DNA of 64,000 nucleotides from positions 1 to 64,000 of the IMG/VR virus record IMGVR_UViG_3300020050_009836, one strand, 5' to 3'. Source of the DNA: a virus (taxonomy: Duplodnaviria > Caudoviricetes). The notes below the pieces were generated by a model. The model was given only the letters and a program-made list of their open reading frames with translations, was not told the DNA's origin and did no database searches. This document shows positions 63,633 through 64,000 of the stretch, one piece after another; positions within the stretch are counted from its first letter, which is position 1, and each line of letters starts with the position of its first letter. The translations under genes and the position numbers were made by a program.

Positions 63633-63658
63633 AACCGGTTGGATTTCTCCAACCGGTT
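63633..63658 (-). terminator. cassette terminator 4
   Basis: AACCGGTTGGA-TTTC-TCCAACCGGTT. Confidence 0.7.
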
Positions 63659-63679
63659 GGATGCAACCAAGGATATGGA

Positions 63680-63901
63680 TTAGAAATCCAAGTCTACATC
63701 CGTTTGTGCGATTACCTTGACGGTGCGTCCGCTTTGGAGCGTCACGCTCCATACTTCAGTACCACCCTTGGTACGGATGATTTTCGCATCCACCATACCG
63801 GTGAACGTGTCATACGTCATATCGGACGTACGTGACATAAGGATGTCAATGCGGATGGATGCCATGGCATCGGTGGTGGTGGTGGTGGTGGTGGTGTTCA
63901 T
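63680..63901 (-). CDS. hypothetical cassette protein (73 aa) with poly-Thr N-terminus
   Basis: AAGGGAACC RBS; 8 consecutive ACC codons. Confidence 0.7.
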   Translation of the reverse strand: MNTTTTTTTTDAMASIRIDILMSRTSDMTYDTFTGMVDAKIIRTKGGTEVWSVTLQSGRTVKVIAQTDVDLDF

Positions 63902-64000
63902 ATTGGTTCCCTTTACGATTACTTGACTAGATTGCCAAGGGTGACGATAACAGCGACGATGATTGCGAAGGCGAATACACTTGACACAATAAGGGCAAGG

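Noticed and set aside
61190-64000. CRISPR array or integron
   Set aside because: Repeats are of several types with irregular spacing and enclose promoters and genes; no cas gene, integron integrase or attC-like R/L boxes seen.

Overview
The window is 64 kb of a tailed dsDNA phage genome (Caudoviricetes, siphovirus-like: HK97-fold capsid, tail-tube genes, frameshifting tail chaperone, tape measure, no sheath gene). No host housekeeping genes, integrase, DNA polymerase, helicase or primase were seen, so the genome probably extends beyond the window. Layout: (1) 0.1-9.3 kb DNA modification and nucleotide metabolism (C5 methyltransferase with an overprinted second ORF, Gam-like, dUTPase, ParB-DUF4417, DUF3310), interrupted by a displaced 1017-aa virion-type gene; (2) 9.6-39.6 kb minus-strand morphogenesis and lysis genes, including three tandem 150-aa tail-tube-like paralogs and a 12-kb array of six beta-helix proteins with small partner genes; (3) 39.9-43.6 kb terminase module, divergent from the portal; (4) 43.6-52.3 kb recombination and replication-support genes around an AT-rich palindromic intergenic region; (5) 52.4-61.1 kb small-gene region with about 14 paralogs carrying the DUF2829/Tad2-like signature plus a tRNA(CAT); (6) 61.2-64 kb repeated expression cassettes (promoter, 5' hairpin, small gene, terminator) separated by two families of palindromic sites. 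All protein family calls come from motif recognition by eye; no database search was run.
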